Part shown: positions 38,861 through 50,297 of the stretch, one piece after another | Layout: every line of letters begins with the position of its first letter | Numbering within the stretch: the first letter of the stretch is position 1 | NCBI GenBank assembly: GCA_977020255.1 | Contig: CDROCS010004529.1 | Location: forward strand, 124,001 to 188,000 | DNA length: 64,000 nucleotides | Direction: 5' to 3' | Source: Obrimoposthia wandeli | Taxonomy: Eukaryota | Notes under the pieces: generated by a model | The model's input: the letters and a program-made list of their open reading frames with translations, nothing else | Told to the model about the DNA's origin: nothing | Databases searched by the model: none | Made by a program: the position numbers and the translations under genes

Positions 38861-40066
38861 TCACCTGCAACACTTGAGTGCTTTCTCTACATTAATTCCA
38901 AAGGTGATGACGCCTATGTCACTATTTTTATGCGCTATAGAAAAACTAATTTGACTTTGATATACCCGAGTTGATTCGTCATATAAGATATCTCCTATAA
39001 AATACTTTTTTTTGCTAAAAGTGTTCAAATATTTAGGTTCATCGCCTTGGTATATATCAGTAGTTAATTTGCTTACCGCAACATTTAATCCAGTGCTATC
39101 CATAAGTATTATCTCAGAAACAATACCATCTGATTTAGCTTGAACTTTCTTCAGTAAAGCAGACAATTCTGAATGGAAGATAGCTCCGTATAAATCACCT
39201 TTTTTATCTAACACTTGCTTTCGCCATTTAGCTTCTAGTAGTAGTATATCTAGCGGATTATGTTCTATATTTTTTTTAATTAGTCTAGGTTTTGTGAGTG
39301 GATGTGCCTGTACAAAATTATTTAATGGTGTAATTATTTTTTTTAAATGTTCTTTTTCCGAAAGGCTTAAAGTTAGTGACCTAGGCTTACAATCGCTAAT
39401 CTTTTGATTGAATTTTTTTATGAAATTTGGTTTTTTATCAATATATTCATTGGATAAAACCATCACTTTAGGAACATATTTTATAAACTGTTTTTTTACC
39501 GTCGTGTCAGCATTAATCTGATCGTAACCTTCGTAATAAGATAATACAACTTCATCAACAATTAATGCTTCGATTCTTTTTAATTTAAACATTTGAATTA
39601 ACTGATCAAATGTACTGACCAAAGTTGTTATTTCAATATTGTTGTTAAGCATCCATTGATGAGCGGAACTTCCGTTAATTGCTGCGACCCTAGATTGCTT
39701 TTCCCCTTCATCACTAACCACCTTACTATCGCGTTTAAGCCAGTACCATTTCTCTAAAGAAATAGGTGCTGATTTTACACCGGATATCTCTTCATACAGA
39801 TCAATAGAAAAGAGACCGTCTAATCGATTCTGTGCGAACGTATTTCTAGCTCTTTTCTGGGGATAAATATCAATAGAATGAAGTGTATTTAATTTATTAA
39901 ATATGCACTTAACTGTCTGTACTGCTTCATTTGCAATTTTATTGTTAATAACTATGTAGTTGGACAAGTTGTAGGTAGCTAGTTTTGTTTGGCTATTTGC
40001 ACTTTCACAAAAAACGAGCCCCAGAATTAATAATTTGATGCGAAACTTCATAGGATTAATTTCCAA
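38861..40066 (-). CDS. Periplasmic protein: family-3 solute-binding domain fused to a PDC/Cache-like domain
   Basis: N-terminal half has YPQKRA...DGLFS, AAINGS, LKRIEALI; C-terminal half has SEIILMD.TGLNVA...DIYQGDE.KY...YDEST..YQSQIS...IGVITFGINVE; likely ATG near 40051. Confidence 0.65.
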   Translation of the reverse strand: MEINPMKFRIKLLILGLVFCESANSQTKLATYNLSNYIVINNKIANEAVQTVKCIFNKLNTLHSIDIYPQKRARNTFAQNRLDGLFSIDLYEEISGVKSAPISLEKWYWLKRDSKVVSDEGEKQSRVAAINGSSAHQWMLNNNIEITTLVSTFDQLIQMFKLKRIEALIVDEVVLSYYEGYDQINADTTVKKQFIKYVPKVMVLSNEYIDKKPNFIKKFNQKISDCKPRSLTLSLSEKEHLKKIITPLNNFVQAHPLTKPRLIKKNIEHNPLDILLLEAKWRKQVLDKKGDLYGAIFHSELSALLKKVQAKSDGIVSEIILMDSTGLNVAVSKLTTDIYQGDEPKYLNTFSKKKYFIGDILYDESTRVYQSQISFSIAHKNSDIGVITFGINVEKALKCCR

Positions 40067-40147
40067 GACAGGTTAATATTTAGCATTGATTTTATTGAAA
40101 TGTTTTTGGTAAAATTCAATTTTCCGAGTTATGTGAAATTTCAATAA

Positions 40148-41770
40148 CTAACTTACTTTGAATCGATTAACTTCACTACCAAGATCCTCAACCATAGTGG
40201 TAACGGTCGTTGAAACACTTAAATTCTTTTGCGACAAGTTGTGATTATCTTGGTTTTGACTATTCAAATGTGACAAATTATCACTAATATCTTTGGTTAC
40301 TTGAGATTGTTCTTCTGCCGCTGCTGCTATCTGAGTAGCCATATCATTGACTTTAGTTGCTGAGCTCTCAATATCACTTAATAATGATTGCGTACTTTTG
40401 ATCATCGATACTGAAGATACAACTTTGTCACTCGCTTCACTTACAGACTGAACAGCTAATTCAGCACCATTACGTAACCGCTCTATCATCTCATCAATTT
40501 CTTGAGTTGATTGTTGTGTTTTTGTTGCCAAATTCCTTACTTCATCAGCGACAACTGAAAACCCGCGACCGTGATCACCGGCTCTAGCCGCTTCTATCGC
40601 AGCATTAAGCGCTAACAAATTGGTTTGTTCAGCAATTCCTCTTATAACACCTAATACAGATTCTATATTTTTTGACTCTGTTGAAAAGAGTGAAACTGAA
40701 TCACCTACATTCTTCACCGTCTCCTCCAATATCATCATTTGGGATACTGAATTATCTATGATTTCCACTCCTTCTTTAGTGATTTTAACAGTACTATTGG
40801 TCTCCTTTGCAGTATCTTGCACGTTGCTAGTTACTTCAGTTGTTGAAATATTAAATTCTTGAACCGATGACGCGATTACAGCAAATGCTTCGCTTTGCTG
40901 TTCAGAAATTGATTGGCTTTGCAATGCAGATTCTTTTAACACTTGGGAGTTATCCGTTAACAAGATCGTTTTGCTTTGCACACTAGCAATAAGCTGCTCT
41001 AACTTCCCAATCAAGTTATCAAAAGAGTTTGCTAACAAGCCAAGCTCATCATTACGCGGTGAATGAATGCGTAATCTTAAATCTCCATCCCCTTCACTTA
41101 TTTCGTTAATTCTATCAGTAAGCTGAGTAATGCTGTTAACCAGTAGTTTAGGCATAAAATAAGTAAGCACTAGAGATATAGTGATCACTAAAGCCAAAAA
41201 AATAGCCGCTCCTAAAATAAACCTATCGGACTTTCTTTTTAAAGTAATCGCAGTCAAAGCTGACTGTTTTGACAATTCCTCACCTGCTAGATTATATAGA
41301 TCTCTCAAGCTATTAAACGTTTCTAAGCTGGTACCTGAACTCAATTTCATCGCCGTTTCTCTTTCCCCACTTTGCACTAAGGAAAAAACTTTCGAAGATT
41401 GAAGTTTCCATTGATCAAATGATGCTTCAAATCCAGTCAACTGTTTATTGATATACGTATATTTAGACATCAATTCTTGATAGCTCTGCATCCTATCAAA
41501 TGCCTGCTGCGCGTTCTCTTCATAGTCTGCAAATGCTTTATCTGCCTCTCCACCTAACAGAATCGACTGTTCAGCTACCCGTGCCTGATACAAGTCTCTA
41601 TCAGCATTCAAAATTGATGAGCTTGCCACCAAATATTTCTCACCAAAAACACTGATTCCCTCTTGTAGTTGGTTGACTATATAATTTCCTACTATGGCAG
41701 TAGTTATGAGAGAAATAACTAGCAGTACCATCCCTGCTGATAGTTTTAATCTAATACTTCCTGAAAACAT
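40148..41770 (-). CDS. Methyl-accepting chemotaxis protein (four-helix-bundle sensor, HAMP)
   Basis: Two TM helices, GDGDL...NDELG, IAEQTNLLALNAAIEAARAG..GRGFSVVADEVR.LA. Confidence 0.95.
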   Translation of the reverse strand: MFSGSIRLKLSAGMVLLVISLITTAIVGNYIVNQLQEGISVFGEKYLVASSSILNADRDLYQARVAEQSILLGGEADKAFADYEENAQQAFDRMQSYQELMSKYTYINKQLTGFEASFDQWKLQSSKVFSLVQSGERETAMKLSSGTSLETFNSLRDLYNLAGEELSKQSALTAITLKRKSDRFILGAAIFLALVITISLVLTYFMPKLLVNSITQLTDRINEISEGDGDLRLRIHSPRNDELGLLANSFDNLIGKLEQLIASVQSKTILLTDNSQVLKESALQSQSISEQQSEAFAVIASSVQEFNISTTEVTSNVQDTAKETNSTVKITKEGVEIIDNSVSQMMILEETVKNVGDSVSLFSTESKNIESVLGVIRGIAEQTNLLALNAAIEAARAGDHGRGFSVVADEVRNLATKTQQSTQEIDEMIERLRNGAELAVQSVSEASDKVVSSVSMIKSTQSLLSDIESSATKVNDMATQIAAAAEEQSQVTKDISDNLSHLNSQNQDNHNLSQKNLSVSTTVTTMVEDLGSEVNRFKVS

Positions 41771-42289
41771 ATTTTCACCTCATAGTTAAAGATATATTGC
41801 TAAAATCTTAGTCTTTTAACCATAGCTCTGTAACACGACAATAACAAACACTAATATAGTTGTTTTGTATATAGTTTAAATTTCTATTTAAAATCAAACA
41901 TGCTCCAGTTCAAATAATCACTGTATTTAGCAGATACTTTCTTTTTAATATGTGAAAAGTAAACAGTATGGGATTAAAGGATTAATCTTATTTTTTTTGT
42001 CAAAAATTTAGTTTTAATTTCTAATGCTTACATTCTAGATAATCTACAAAACCTTTATTGTGATGAAAGTAGTTGTCATCGATAATAAGTGTTTTGCAGC
42101 ATTGATGATGTATTTCCTTGCGCTGATCGATCCCCCACAATCCTAGCTTTTATATATTTGGTTTGATGTGGCTTAAAGCCACATTGAATTTAGAAGTCTT
42201 TTTACTACAAAGCAAGTGCCCCTTCTGTCAGGGCTGATAATTGGGCTCCCCATCCCCAGGAAGAGACCCTAGATGGCCGGTTAACCGCT

Positions 42290-42697
42290 TCACTGAGTCG
42301 ACCGAGTGTGAGTAATGATAACCCTTATTCTGAAGCACTTTTTAGGACGCTAAAATACCGTCCAGACTGGCCTAGCAAAGGCTTTAAAAACTTGGTGGAA
42401 ACTCGTGAATGGGTAGATAAATTTGTTACTTGGTATAACGAGGAACATAAGCATAGTAAGCTAAATTTTGTGTCTCCAAGCGAGCGGCATAGAATGCAAG
42501 ATGGAGGTGTTTTATCTCATCGCAAAGCAGTAATTGAAGCTGCACAAGAGAAAAACCCAATACGTTGGCCTAACGGAATAAGAAATTGTGACCCAATCGG
42601 TGCCGTAATGCTGAACCCAGATAAAGAACCCGATCAAATGACACGAGTGACAGCGTAAAATTTAAGAAAAGAGTGCCAACTACCTTGAAAAACAACG
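42290..42697 (+). pseudogene. IS3-family transposase C-terminal fragment with right-end sequence
   Basis: SRPSVSNDNPYSEALFRTLKY...WYNEEHKHSKL..VSP; no N-terminus; end-like sequence CCAACTACCTTGAAAAAC. Confidence 0.82.
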
Positions 42698-42919
42698 GAT
42701 GATCCCGTTCAATCAATGGATAGCATCAATGTACTTGGCGTTATAGACTTACTAAGAAGCTTAAATGTAAATTTAGGAAAGCAAATAATTATTTCGACAC
42801 ATGATGATAATTTTCATGCTTTACTAAAGCAGAAGTTACCAGAGCATTTATTTAAATCAAAATTTTTAGAGCTTGAATCGTTCGGTAAAGTAGCGGTGCA
42901 CGCAAGGCACAATAAATAG
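42698..42919 (+). pseudogene. C-terminal remnant of an SbcC/SMC-like ABC ATPase
   Basis: Begins at the Walker B / D-loop DDPVQSMD directly after the IS3 end; has the QIIISTHD H-loop. Confidence 0.78.
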
Positions 42920-42955
42920 ACAATATGATAATCGTTGTTTGGCGATTAGCATGAC

Positions 42956-42987
42956 AAAAGGCGAATCATTTCTGATTCGCCTTTTTT
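42956..42987. terminator. Bidirectional terminator inside the element A right end, also positioned to terminate gcvP
   Basis: AAAAGGCGAATCA-TTTC-TGATTCGCCTTTTTT. Confidence 0.8.
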
Positions 42988-43071
42988 TATTTCTGTGGGC
43001 TGTTAACCAACTTCATTAAATTAACCATCTTAATTAAAACGTTAACCAACTTAATTAAATACCCTCAATGA

Positions 43072-45957
43072 TTAAGCATCTTCTCTATAGCTATCAATAC
43101 TAGGACAGCTACAAATAAAGTTACGATCACCAAAGACGTTATCTACACGGTTAGCTGCTGGCCAAAACTTAGAAGCTTTAGTGGCGGCTGTTGGGAAGAA
43201 TGCTTCTTCACACGTGTATGGATGGCTCCAGTTAGAAACCATATTCTTTTGCGTATGAGGTGCGTTAACTAATGGATTATCATCCACTGGCCATTCGCCT
43301 GACTCAACTTTGGCGATTTCAGCGCGGATCTTAACCATCGCTTCAACTAAACGATCAATCTCTGCTTGAGATTCAGATTCAGTCGGCTCAATCATCAATG
43401 TACCCGCAACTGGGAATGACATCGTAGGTGCGTGCAATCCGTAATCCATTAAGCGCTTAGCGATATCTTCTTCTGAAATCCCTGACACTTCTTTCAATGG
43501 GCGAATATCAACGATACATTCGTGTGCTACTTTATCATTGCGACCACGATAAAGAATTGGGTAATGTACCGCCAATTTCTCAGTCATGTAATTCGCGCCA
43601 AGAATGGCATTTTGTGTAGAGTGCTTAAGGCCGTCTTTGCCTAATGTGCGGATGTACATCCACGTGATAGGTAAAATGCTTGCTGAACCAAAAGGCGTTG
43701 CTGCAACAGCACCGTTAGTCGCGCTAACGGCACCACCTTGAATAACTTTATGTCCAGGAAGGTACGGTGCCAAATGGCTCTTAACACCGATAGGGCCAAC
43801 ACCTGGTCCACCGCCGCCATGCGGGATAGCAAAGGTCTTGTGTAAGTTAAGGTGTGATACGTCTGATCCGATAGCACCCGGCTTAGAGATACCGACTTGC
43901 GCGTTCATGTTCGCACCGTCCATGTAAACCTGACCACCACATTCGTGAATTACTTCACAAATCTCAACGATTTCTTCTTCGTAGATACCGTGTGTTGATG
44001 GGTACGTGATCATGATGCAAGATAGGTTATCAGCATGTTCTTTAGCTTTCGCTTTCAGATCATTAACATCAACGTTACCTTTGTCATCACATTCAACGAT
44101 AACAACTTTAAGACTCATCATTGCAGCAGATGCTGGGTTAGTACCGTGTGCTGATGATGGAATCAAGCAAACATCACGATGACCTTGGCCATTCGCTTCT
44201 TGGTATTTGCGAATAGCAAGTAGACCAGCGTATTCACCTTGTGCACCAGAGTTTGGCTGCAGTGATACGTTATCGTAACCGGTAATTTCTACTAGCATCG
44301 CTTCCAGTTGAGTAATCATTGTCTGATAACCAACGGTTTGATCTAGTGGAGCATAGGGATGCACATTACTAAATTCGTTCCAAGTCACAGGAATCATTTG
44401 TGACGTAGAGTTTAGCTTCATAGTACAAGATCCTAGTGGGATCATGCCGTGAGCTAATGAGTAATCTTTGTTCTCTAAACGCTTAAGGTAGCGCAGCATT
44501 TCAGTCTCTGACTGGTAGCTGTTGAACGTTGGATGCGTAAGTACTGCATCGGTACGGCGCATATCATCGCTGATACCCGTTGCAGCACCAGCAACAATCG
44601 CTGCATCTAATGCGTCAGTGTCTAAACCGTGTCCTGCACCTAAGATAATGTCAAACAATTGAGCAACATCAGTCGCTTGAGTGGTTTCATCAAGGGAGAT
44701 ACCGTATTGACCGTTACCTGCTTGACGAAAGTTACAACCAGCATCTAAAGCGCGCTGATAAAGAGCATCATCGCCAGAGATAGTGATGGTATCAAAGTAA
44801 GTGTCACTAACCGCGACGCCTTTGCTGCCTAGACCATTCGCAAGAATAGCCGTTAAGCGATGCGTGCGTTCAGCAATACGCTTTAAGCCAGCAGGGCCGT
44901 GGAAAACAGCATAGAAGCTAGCCATGTTGGCAAGTAGCGCTTGTGCTGTACAAATGTTTGAAGTGGCTTTTTCACGTCTGATATGTTGCTCACGCGTTTG
45001 CATGGCCATACGTAGCGCTGGGTTACCTTCTGAATCAACAGAAACACCGATAATTCTACCAGGTACTTGACGCTTAAGTTTTTCACTTGCTGCAAAGAAT
45101 GCTGCATGTGGACCACCGAAACCCATAGGTACGCCAAAACGCTGTGAAGTACCTAGTACAACATCAGCACCTAGCTCGCCAGGTGATTTAAGTAGCATAA
45201 GTGCTAATAAATCAGATGCAACAGCAACCATCGCTTTTTGTGCTTTTGCCGCCGCAATGTGTGTGGCTAAATCCGTTACGCTACCGTTCGTTGAAGGGTA
45301 TTGTAGCTGTGCACCAAACACATCGTAATCGCCTAGCTTATCAGCGCTATCAACAACGACATCGTAGCCGAAGTATTCTGCACGTGTTTTGATAACATCT
45401 AGTGTCTGTGGGTGAACATCCGTTGAAACAAAATAAGTGTTGGTTTTTTTGCGATTGGCGCGCTTACATAAAGTCATTGCTTCAGCTGCAGCGGTGGCTT
45501 CATCTAGTAAAGAAGCATTGGCCAATGGCATACCCGTGATATCCATTACCATTTGTTGGTAATTTAATAACGCTTCAAGACGTCCCTGGGCAATTTCAGG
45601 CTGATAAGGCGTGTAAGCTGTGTACCAACCTGGGTTTTCCATGACGTTGCGTAAAATGACAAATGGAACTTTAGTATTGTGATAACCCATACCAATATAA
45701 GATTTGTTCACCTTATTTTGGTCAGCCAGCGCACGTAATTCTGCTAGTGCATCTGTCTCACTAATGCCTTTATCCATGTTTAGCGCATCGTCTAAGCGGA
45801 TAGAGTCAGGTACCGTTTTTTCGATAAGCTGATCGAGTGAATCAAAACCTAAGCTAGATAGCATGTTTTGCTGTTCGCTAGCACTAGGACCAACGTGGCG
45901 TTGGGTAAACTCTGAATGGTTTTCTAAATCATTCAAGGTAGACGTTTCATTTGTCAT
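43072..45957 (-). CDS. gcvP: Glycine dehydrogenase (decarboxylating), P protein
   Basis: [44 protein letters not shown]. Confidence 0.98.
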   Translation of the reverse strand: MTNETSTLNDLENHSEFTQRHVGPSASEQQNMLSSLGFDSLDQLIEKTVPDSIRLDDALNMDKGISETDALAELRALADQNKVNKSYIGMGYHNTKVPFVILRNVMENPGWYTAYTPYQPEIAQGRLEALLNYQQMVMDITGMPLANASLLDEATAAAEAMTLCKRANRKKTNTYFVSTDVHPQTLDVIKTRAEYFGYDVVVDSADKLGDYDVFGAQLQYPSTNGSVTDLATHIAAAKAQKAMVAVASDLLALMLLKSPGELGADVVLGTSQRFGVPMGFGGPHAAFFAASEKLKRQVPGRIIGVSVDSEGNPALRMAMQTREQHIRREKATSNICTAQALLANMASFYAVFHGPAGLKRIAERTHRLTAILANGLGSKGVAVSDTYFDTITISGDDALYQRALDAGCNFRQAGNGQYGISLDETTQATDVAQLFDIILGAGHGLDTDALDAAIVAGAATGISDDMRRTDAVLTHPTFNSYQSETEMLRYLKRLENKDYSLAHGMIPLGSCTMKLNSTSQMIPVTWNEFSNVHPYAPLDQTVGYQTMITQLEAMLVEITGYDNVSLQPNSGAQGEYAGLLAIRKYQEANGQGHRDVCLIPSSAHGTNPASAAMMSLKVVIVECDDKGNVDVNDLKAKAKEHADNLSCIMITYPSTHGIYEEEIVEICEVIHECGGQVYMDGANMNAQVGISKPGAIGSDVSHLNLHKTFAIPHGGGGPGVGPIGVKSHLAPYLPGHKVIQGGAVSATNGAVAATPFGSASILPITWMYIRTLGKDGLKHSTQNAILGANYMTEKLAVHYPILYRGRNDKVAHECIVDIRPLKEVSGISEEDIAKRLMDYGLHAPTMSFPVAGTLMIEPTESESQAEIDRLVEAMVKIRAEIAKVESGEWPVDDNPLVNAPHTQKNMVSNWSHPYTCEEAFFPTAATKASKFWPAANRVDNVFGDRNFICSCPSIDSYREDA

Positions 45958-46164
45958 CTTTTTGTAACCTTTAAAAAGTAACGGTTGTGTTACTGGTAAA
46001 TAAAACCGCTAAAAAATTAATACAACCGATAATAATCCTAGTAGTACTACTAGTGATCACCTCTGAATTGGCGGCATAAAACTGATCTCAATCCACAGCA
46101 TGTAATGCTTATTTCAAACAAGCTTAAACATAGATAAAGAGATCAGCTTAATGTAGACAGCTAA

Positions 46165-46557
46165 CTAGTCTTCATCTGCTACTTTAGCTTCATAAGCTGC
46201 TGCATCTAGCAATTTATCAAGTTGCGAAGCATCAGAAAGCTTAACTTTAGCAATCCAAGCACCTTCAAACGCATCTTCGTTGATCATTTCAGGTGAATCT
46301 TCAAGTGCTTCGTTAACGGCTACCACTTCACCGCTAACAGGTGCATAGATGTCTGATGCTGCTTTAACTGATTCAACGAGTGAAAACTCAGTACCCGCTT
46401 CAATTTCAGAACCTACTTCAGGTAGTTCAACAAAAACCACATCGCCAAGTAATTCTTGAGCGTGATCAGAAATGCCTATTGTAACGGTGCCGTCACCATT
46501 ATCTAACACCCATTCGTGGGATTCAGCGTATTTACGATTCGTTGGTACGTTGCTCAT
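46165..46557 (-). CDS. gcvH: Glycine cleavage H protein
   Basis: [24 protein letters not shown] (lipoyl-Lys). Confidence 0.98.
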   Translation of the reverse strand: MSNVPTNRKYAESHEWVLDNGDGTVTIGISDHAQELLGDVVFVELPEVGSEIEAGTEFSLVESVKAASDIYAPVSGEVVAVNEALEDSPEMINEDAFEGAWIAKVKLSDASQLDKLLDAAAYEAKVADED

Positions 46558-46700
46558 GTCGTGCCTCTTTGTTTTATTTAACAGTCATAATAATAAGCGC
46601 AACTAAGAAAATCTAAGTCTAGTTACGCAGTATTTAAGAGAATAAATCTCTTATAGTAAATTTTTTATCACTAATACAAGAATAGTAAACGCGTTGTTAC

Positions 46701-47978
46701 TTATCTGTAAAGTGGAAAACGTGCGCAGAGTGCTTTTACTTGCACTGCTGCTTTTTGTTCTGCTGCACTGTTATCTTCTGGATTACTCGCTAGACCGTCT
46801 AAAATATCACCAATCAGGTTGCCGATTAGGCGAAATTCTTCTTCGCCAAAGCCACGTGTTGTTCCAGCAGGTGTGCCTAAACGGATACCAGATGTAACCA
46901 TTGGTTTTTCAGGATCAAAGGGAATGCCGTTTTTATTACAAGTAATGCCCGCACGTTCAAGTGCTTCTTCAGTCACATTCCCTTTTAAGCCTTTAGGGCG
47001 TAAGTCGACTAACATTAAATGAGTATCAGTACCGCCTGATACAATATCAACACCGCGTTCTACTAGCGTTTGTGCTAATACTTGTGCATTAGTGATTACT
47101 TGCTTAATGTAAGTGGTAAATTCAGGCTCTAGCGCTTCGCCAAATGCTACGGCTTTAGCTGCAATAACGTGCATTAACGGACCACCTTGTAGGCCTGGGA
47201 ATACAGCTGAATTAATTTTCTTACCGATATCAGCATCATTACTTAACACCATGCCACCGCGTGGGCCACGTAGTGTTTTATGTGTCGTTGTGGTCACAAT
47301 GTGTGCATGCGGTAACGGACTAGGGTGCTGCCCTGTCGCGATTAAACCGGCGATATGTGCCATATCAACCATCAGGAAAGCACCGACTTTATCGGCAATT
47401 GCTCTAAAACGTGGGAAATCGATTTCACGGGGAATAGCAGATCCGCCAGCAATAATTAGCTTAGGCTTACATTCAATAGCGATGGCTTCAACGGCATCGT
47501 AATCAATACGTTGTGTGTTTTTATCAACACCGTATTGCACAGCATTAAACCATTTTCCCGATTGTGCAGGACGTGCACCGTGAGTTAAATGGCCACCAGC
47601 ATCCAAAGACATACCTAGAATAGTATCGCCTGGCTTTAAAAGCGCCATGAAAACTGCACCATTTGCCTGTGCGCCAGAGTGTGGCTGTACATTGACATAT
47701 TCACAGTTAAACAATTTTTTAGCGCGTTCAATGGCCAGCACTTCAACTTCATCAGCAAACTCACAACCACCGTAATAACGACGACCAGCATAACCTTCAG
47801 CATATTTGTTAGTTAGCACTGTGCCCTGCGCTTGCATCACCGCTTTTGATACGATGTTTTCAGAAGCGATTAATTCAATCTGCTCTTCTTGACGGTTTAA
47901 TTCACGATTAACCGATGCGTCAATAGCCGCGTCAGCAGTGGCTAGGTCTTGGCCAAAAAAGTTATCAAGGTTGCTCAT
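46701..47978 (-). CDS. glyA: Serine hydroxymethyltransferase
   Basis: [34 protein letters not shown]. Confidence 0.98.
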   Translation of the reverse strand: MSNLDNFFGQDLATADAAIDASVNRELNRQEEQIELIASENIVSKAVMQAQGTVLTNKYAEGYAGRRYYGGCEFADEVEVLAIERAKKLFNCEYVNVQPHSGAQANGAVFMALLKPGDTILGMSLDAGGHLTHGARPAQSGKWFNAVQYGVDKNTQRIDYDAVEAIAIECKPKLIIAGGSAIPREIDFPRFRAIADKVGAFLMVDMAHIAGLIATGQHPSPLPHAHIVTTTTHKTLRGPRGGMVLSNDADIGKKINSAVFPGLQGGPLMHVIAAKAVAFGEALEPEFTTYIKQVITNAQVLAQTLVERGVDIVSGGTDTHLMLVDLRPKGLKGNVTEEALERAGITCNKNGIPFDPEKPMVTSGIRLGTPAGTTRGFGEEEFRLIGNLIGDILDGLASNPEDNSAAEQKAAVQVKALCARFPLYR

Positions 47979-48149
47979 TTTCTAATCCCTAAATATTTCA
48001 CATCAAAATAGCTTTGATGTATTAGTATGATCCCCAATTTTTGATTCAGCAATAAAGCTGGATCTTCAATACTGGAAACAATCGTTTAGTAATGCCTTTA
48101 AAGGCATCAAAGGTTTTTTTCTTCTCAATTGCTAGCTTTTAACACCTGA

Positions 48150-49532
48150 CTAACAAGCAACCGCATTCACTGCTAGGCCACCCATTGATGTTTCTTTGTA
48201 TTTTGACTGCATATCTACCCCTGTCTGACGCATGGTTTCTATGACTGCGTCCAGTGATACATGATGTTCGCCATCCCCTCTAAGGGCAAGGCGTGAGGCA
48301 TTGATTGCTTTCATAGAGCCCATGGTATTGCGTTCAATACAAGGCACTTGCACTAACCCACCAATTGGATCGCAAGTGAGACCTAAATTATGTTCCATAC
48401 CTATTTCGGCTGCGTTTTCGATTTGTAGATTATTACCGCCCATCACTGCACACAACGCACCTGACGCCATAGAGCAAGCCACGCCAATTTCACCTTGGCA
48501 ACCCACTTCAGCGGCTGAAATGGATGCATTCTTTTTGTACAGCATACCAATGGCCGCAGCCGTGGCCAAGAAAGTAATAATACCCTCTTCATCAGCATCG
48601 GGAACAAATTTCACATAATAGGCCAGTACTGCGGGTATCACACCGGCGGCACCATTGGTGGGTGCAGTAACTACACGTCCACCGGCGGCATTTTCTTCAT
48701 TCACCGCCATTGCGTATAAATTTACCCAATCCATTATGGTCAGCGGGTCTTGAGCTGAGCGTTCAGGGTTATCGACTAAATCGCTTTTTAATTTATTGGC
48801 ACGGCGACGAATCTTCAAACCACCTGGCAAAAATCCTGTTTCAGCACAACCTCGCGCAATGCAGTTATCCATCACTTGCCATATATACAGGATACGCTCA
48901 CGCAGTGTATCAGCATGTGGTCTTACTGCTTCGTTGGCTAATACTAGCTCGGCAATGGTTAAACCGTTACCATCTGCAATCTTTAATAGCTCTAACGCAG
49001 TATCAAATGGGTAAGGCTCTACAAAGCCTAGATCTGCACGCTCACCTTTAGCTGATATTTCATCTAAACTCAGTACAAAACCACCGCCGACAGAAAAATA
49101 GGTTTCATTTAAGACGATAATACCTGCAGCATCATATGCAGTTAAACGCATACCATTAGGGTGTTCATCTAATGATTCTCCGAAATTCATTACTAATTCA
49201 TGTTCGGGATCGAACTGTACAAACTTTTCGCCATTTAAATGTAATTGCTTTTCTTGGCTAATTTTGGCTATGTAGCCCGCAACAAGATCAGGATTGACTG
49301 TATCTACTCGCTCTCCAAGTAAACCCAGCATTACCGCTATGTCGGTTGAGTGCCCTTTTCCGGTCATGGCTAAAGAGCCGTATAAATTTGCTTTAACACG
49401 CACAGTATCTTCAAAGCGTCGCTGCTGCTTAAGACTTTCAATGAATCTATTTGCCGCTATTACAGGACCTACTGTATGTGAACTAGACGGGCCTATACCT
49501 ACTTTAAACAGGTCAAATATACTTAATGACAT
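48150..49532 (-). CDS. sdaA: L-serine ammonia-lyase (Fe-S)
   Basis: [42 protein letters not shown]. Confidence 0.96.
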   Translation of the reverse strand: MSLSIFDLFKVGIGPSSSHTVGPVIAANRFIESLKQQRRFEDTVRVKANLYGSLAMTGKGHSTDIAVMLGLLGERVDTVNPDLVAGYIAKISQEKQLHLNGEKFVQFDPEHELVMNFGESLDEHPNGMRLTAYDAAGIIVLNETYFSVGGGFVLSLDEISAKGERADLGFVEPYPFDTALELLKIADGNGLTIAELVLANEAVRPHADTLRERILYIWQVMDNCIARGCAETGFLPGGLKIRRRANKLKSDLVDNPERSAQDPLTIMDWVNLYAMAVNEENAAGGRVVTAPTNGAAGVIPAVLAYYVKFVPDADEEGIITFLATAAAIGMLYKKNASISAAEVGCQGEIGVACSMASGALCAVMGGNNLQIENAAEIGMEHNLGLTCDPIGGLVQVPCIERNTMGSMKAINASRLALRGDGEHHVSLDAVIETMRQTGVDMQSKYKETSMGGLAVNAVAC

Positions 49533-49878
49533 AAGCGGAATCTCTTGGCTTAATTGCTTTGTTGATGATTTATTAATAAATGCACGTTAAATTCATAAAC
49601 TCAATCTCATCTATATAATGACACTAGACTTCATTGTTCTATTTAGAATGAGCTTGCGGGTATATAATTTTTAGTGATACCGATGAATCTCGAGTAATTA
49701 CTGGCCACTTTTAAGCCATGTTCTATTACTAACATAACAGCTTACAATTTTGTACCTATTACCAGCAGCCTTCTTTACATCTTTTATCGTTCACTGATCA
49801 CCAGAATAAGAATACACCCATACATTCTTATTATCTAAGTGCGAGAGTCAGATTAGCAACAGCTGAAAAAAAACTCAA

Positions 49879-49906
49879 GCAAAAGTTTCCTATAGGAAAC
49901 TTTTGC
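49879..49906. promoter_or_regulatory. 28-bp perfect palindrome, putative operator; related site at 50144-50159
   Basis: GCAAAAGTTTCCTATAGGAAACTTTTGC; second site ATTTCCAATAGGAAAT; both in the divergent sdaA/symporter intergenic region. Confidence 0.7.
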
Positions 49907-50297
49907 CATGATGTTTACTTTCTATTCGCGCTTAACATGAATTATTTTCTAGAAGAAAAGCAAATACCTTCTATTTTATGCAACTCTAGCACTTTCAGCG
50001 CTTACATGATTTTTATCTAAAAAATCTAAATTTCAACGACATTCAATCGACAAAACAGATAGTTACTATTTAGTAGCTCTACGTCTAGACAGCTAATTTA
50101 ATATTTAGCCGTAATGCGGATATTTCTATCGAAACATGAATATATTTCCAATAGGAAATTTATTCTCCAAATTTAAAAATTATACTGTTAGTATATAGGC
50201 GCTTTGCGAAGCAGAATAAAAATTTTGCGAACCCTCAATACGAAATTGAGATAAAAGCAAAATAACTATAATAAATTAACGCAACTAAGGTGTAATA

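Larger units (their letters stand above)
38177..43067. mobile_element. Element A: non-autonomous Tn7-like transposon (4891 bp) flanked by ATGATT at the gcvP stop
   Basis: Left end TGAAGGTATTTAATTAAGTTGGTTAAC with a spaced second site at 38240-38257; right end with three contiguous sites (43002, 43021, 43041) + TACCCTCA; ATGATT at 38171-38176 and 43068-43073. Confidence 0.85.

Noticed and set aside
42994-43000. TGTGGGC identical to the first 7 bp of Tn7 ends
   Set aside because: It points toward gcvP and has no TSD or partner; the TG...CA ends at 38177 and 43067 explain the repeats and the flanking duplication.
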